From positions 164,582 through 228,581 of the forward strand of contig NZ_QGLR01000010.1 of NCBI RefSeq assembly GCF_003202655.1: DNA of 64,000 nucleotides. Direction: 5' to 3'. The DNA comes from Gilliamella apicola (GTDB taxonomy: Bacteria > Pseudomonadota > Gammaproteobacteria > Enterobacterales > Orbaceae). Below, in pieces: positions 63,634 to 64,000 of the stretch (the stretch's first letter is position 1; every line of letters begins with the position of its first letter). The notes beneath the pieces were generated by a model. It saw nothing but the letters and a program-made list of their open reading frames with translations. It was not told the origin of the DNA and did not search any database. The translations under genes and the position numbers were made by a program.

Positions 63634-64000
63634 TTATTCTGTTAGTTGCTTTAATTTACTACAAGCCTCTTGAGAATCTCCATCGCAGGCTTGTTGATAA
63701 TAGCTTTGTGCTAAGGTTCTATTTTGCTCAACACCATCACCTTTATCATACAAAAGCGCTAAATTGTATTGGGCTTCAGCATCACCTTGTTCCGCCGCTT
63801 TTGTATACCAATATACCGCCTTTTGCTTATCTTGCTCTATGCCATCACCTTTATCATACATAACCGCTAATTCATATTGTACCCCAACATTACCTTGTTC
63901 CGCTACTTTTGTATACCAATATACAGCTTTTTGTTTATCTTGTTCTAAGCCATCACCTTTATCATACTTAACTGCTAATTCATATTGGGCGAAATCAAAA
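63634..64000 (-). CDS. Sel1-like repeat protein, a third tandem paralog. This is the C-terminal part; the gene continues beyond the window end.
   Basis: Same repeat units and C-terminal tail (ACSKLKQLTE) as 61858..63330, preceded by the same duplicated terminator/intergenic module. Confidence 0.75.
   Translation of the reverse strand, partial: FDFAQYELAVKYDKGDGLEQDKQKAVYWYTKVAEQGNVGVQYELAVMYDKGDGIEQDKQKAVYWYTKAAEQGDAEAQYNLALLYDKGDGVEQNRTLAQSYYQQACDGDSQEACSKLKQLTE

Noticed and set aside
1-64000. Mobile elements such as insertion sequences, integrases, phage genes or integrons.
   Set aside because: No transposase, integrase, recombinase, terminal inverted repeats or attC-like sites were recognised. 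The accessory regions appear to have been shaped by duplication and decay rather than by identifiable mobile elements.

Overview
This is a 64-kb, AT-rich (about 33% GC) chromosomal window whose conserved genes are Enterobacterales-like (ydiB, aroD, aroL, erpA, hemL, bcp, topB, zntB, mgtA, chuWXY/hmuTUV). The organism guess of an Orbaceae-like (Gilliamella/Frischella-type) gut symbiont is inference only. No rRNA, CRISPR array, integrase or transposase was seen.

In coordinate order the window holds:
- two small secreted or membrane proteins in AT-rich DNA;
- a minus-strand hydroaromatic cluster (TIM-barrel protein, ydiB, aroD, SDR, FadH-like flavoprotein) with two ydiM/ydiN-type MFS transporters, aroL, an aldo-keto reductase and a LysR regulator;
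- a WYL regulator and VOC protein, divergently arranged;
- an ascorbate-family PTS sugar-acid operon (EIIA-EIIB-EIIC, SIS isomerase, DapA-family enzyme, Eda-family aldolase, PRD/EIIA regulator) whose EIIC is frameshifted, lying next to tRNA-Gly and tRNA-Leu;
- core genes erpA, hemL, bcp, an AI-2E transporter, a YjgR-like ATPase and mgtA;
- a 1.8-kb intergenic region containing about seven tandem 107-120 bp repeats;
- topB and zntB;
- a heme-uptake and anaerobic heme-degradation locus (chuW-chuX-chuY-hmuU-hmuV divergent from hmuT). Its hmuT-hmuR module is tandemly duplicated, and the first receptor copy has decayed to a pseudogene.

The most interesting part is an operon-like plus-strand cluster at 48.4-57.8 kb. 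It encodes a YjfI-like protein, a PspA/IM30 (ESCRT-III-like) protein, an NfeD/YqiJ-like membrane protein, an SPFH/flotillin (YqiK-like) protein and a 1644-aa protein with a single C-terminal AAA+ ATPase domain. I could not place this combination in any described system, so I flag it as a candidate membrane-remodelling or stress system.

Downstream lie an extremely AT-rich island of three small orphan ORFs plus a paralog remnant, and a tandem array of secreted Sel1-repeat protein genes. One Sel1 copy is truncated by a TGG-to-TAG nonsense change.
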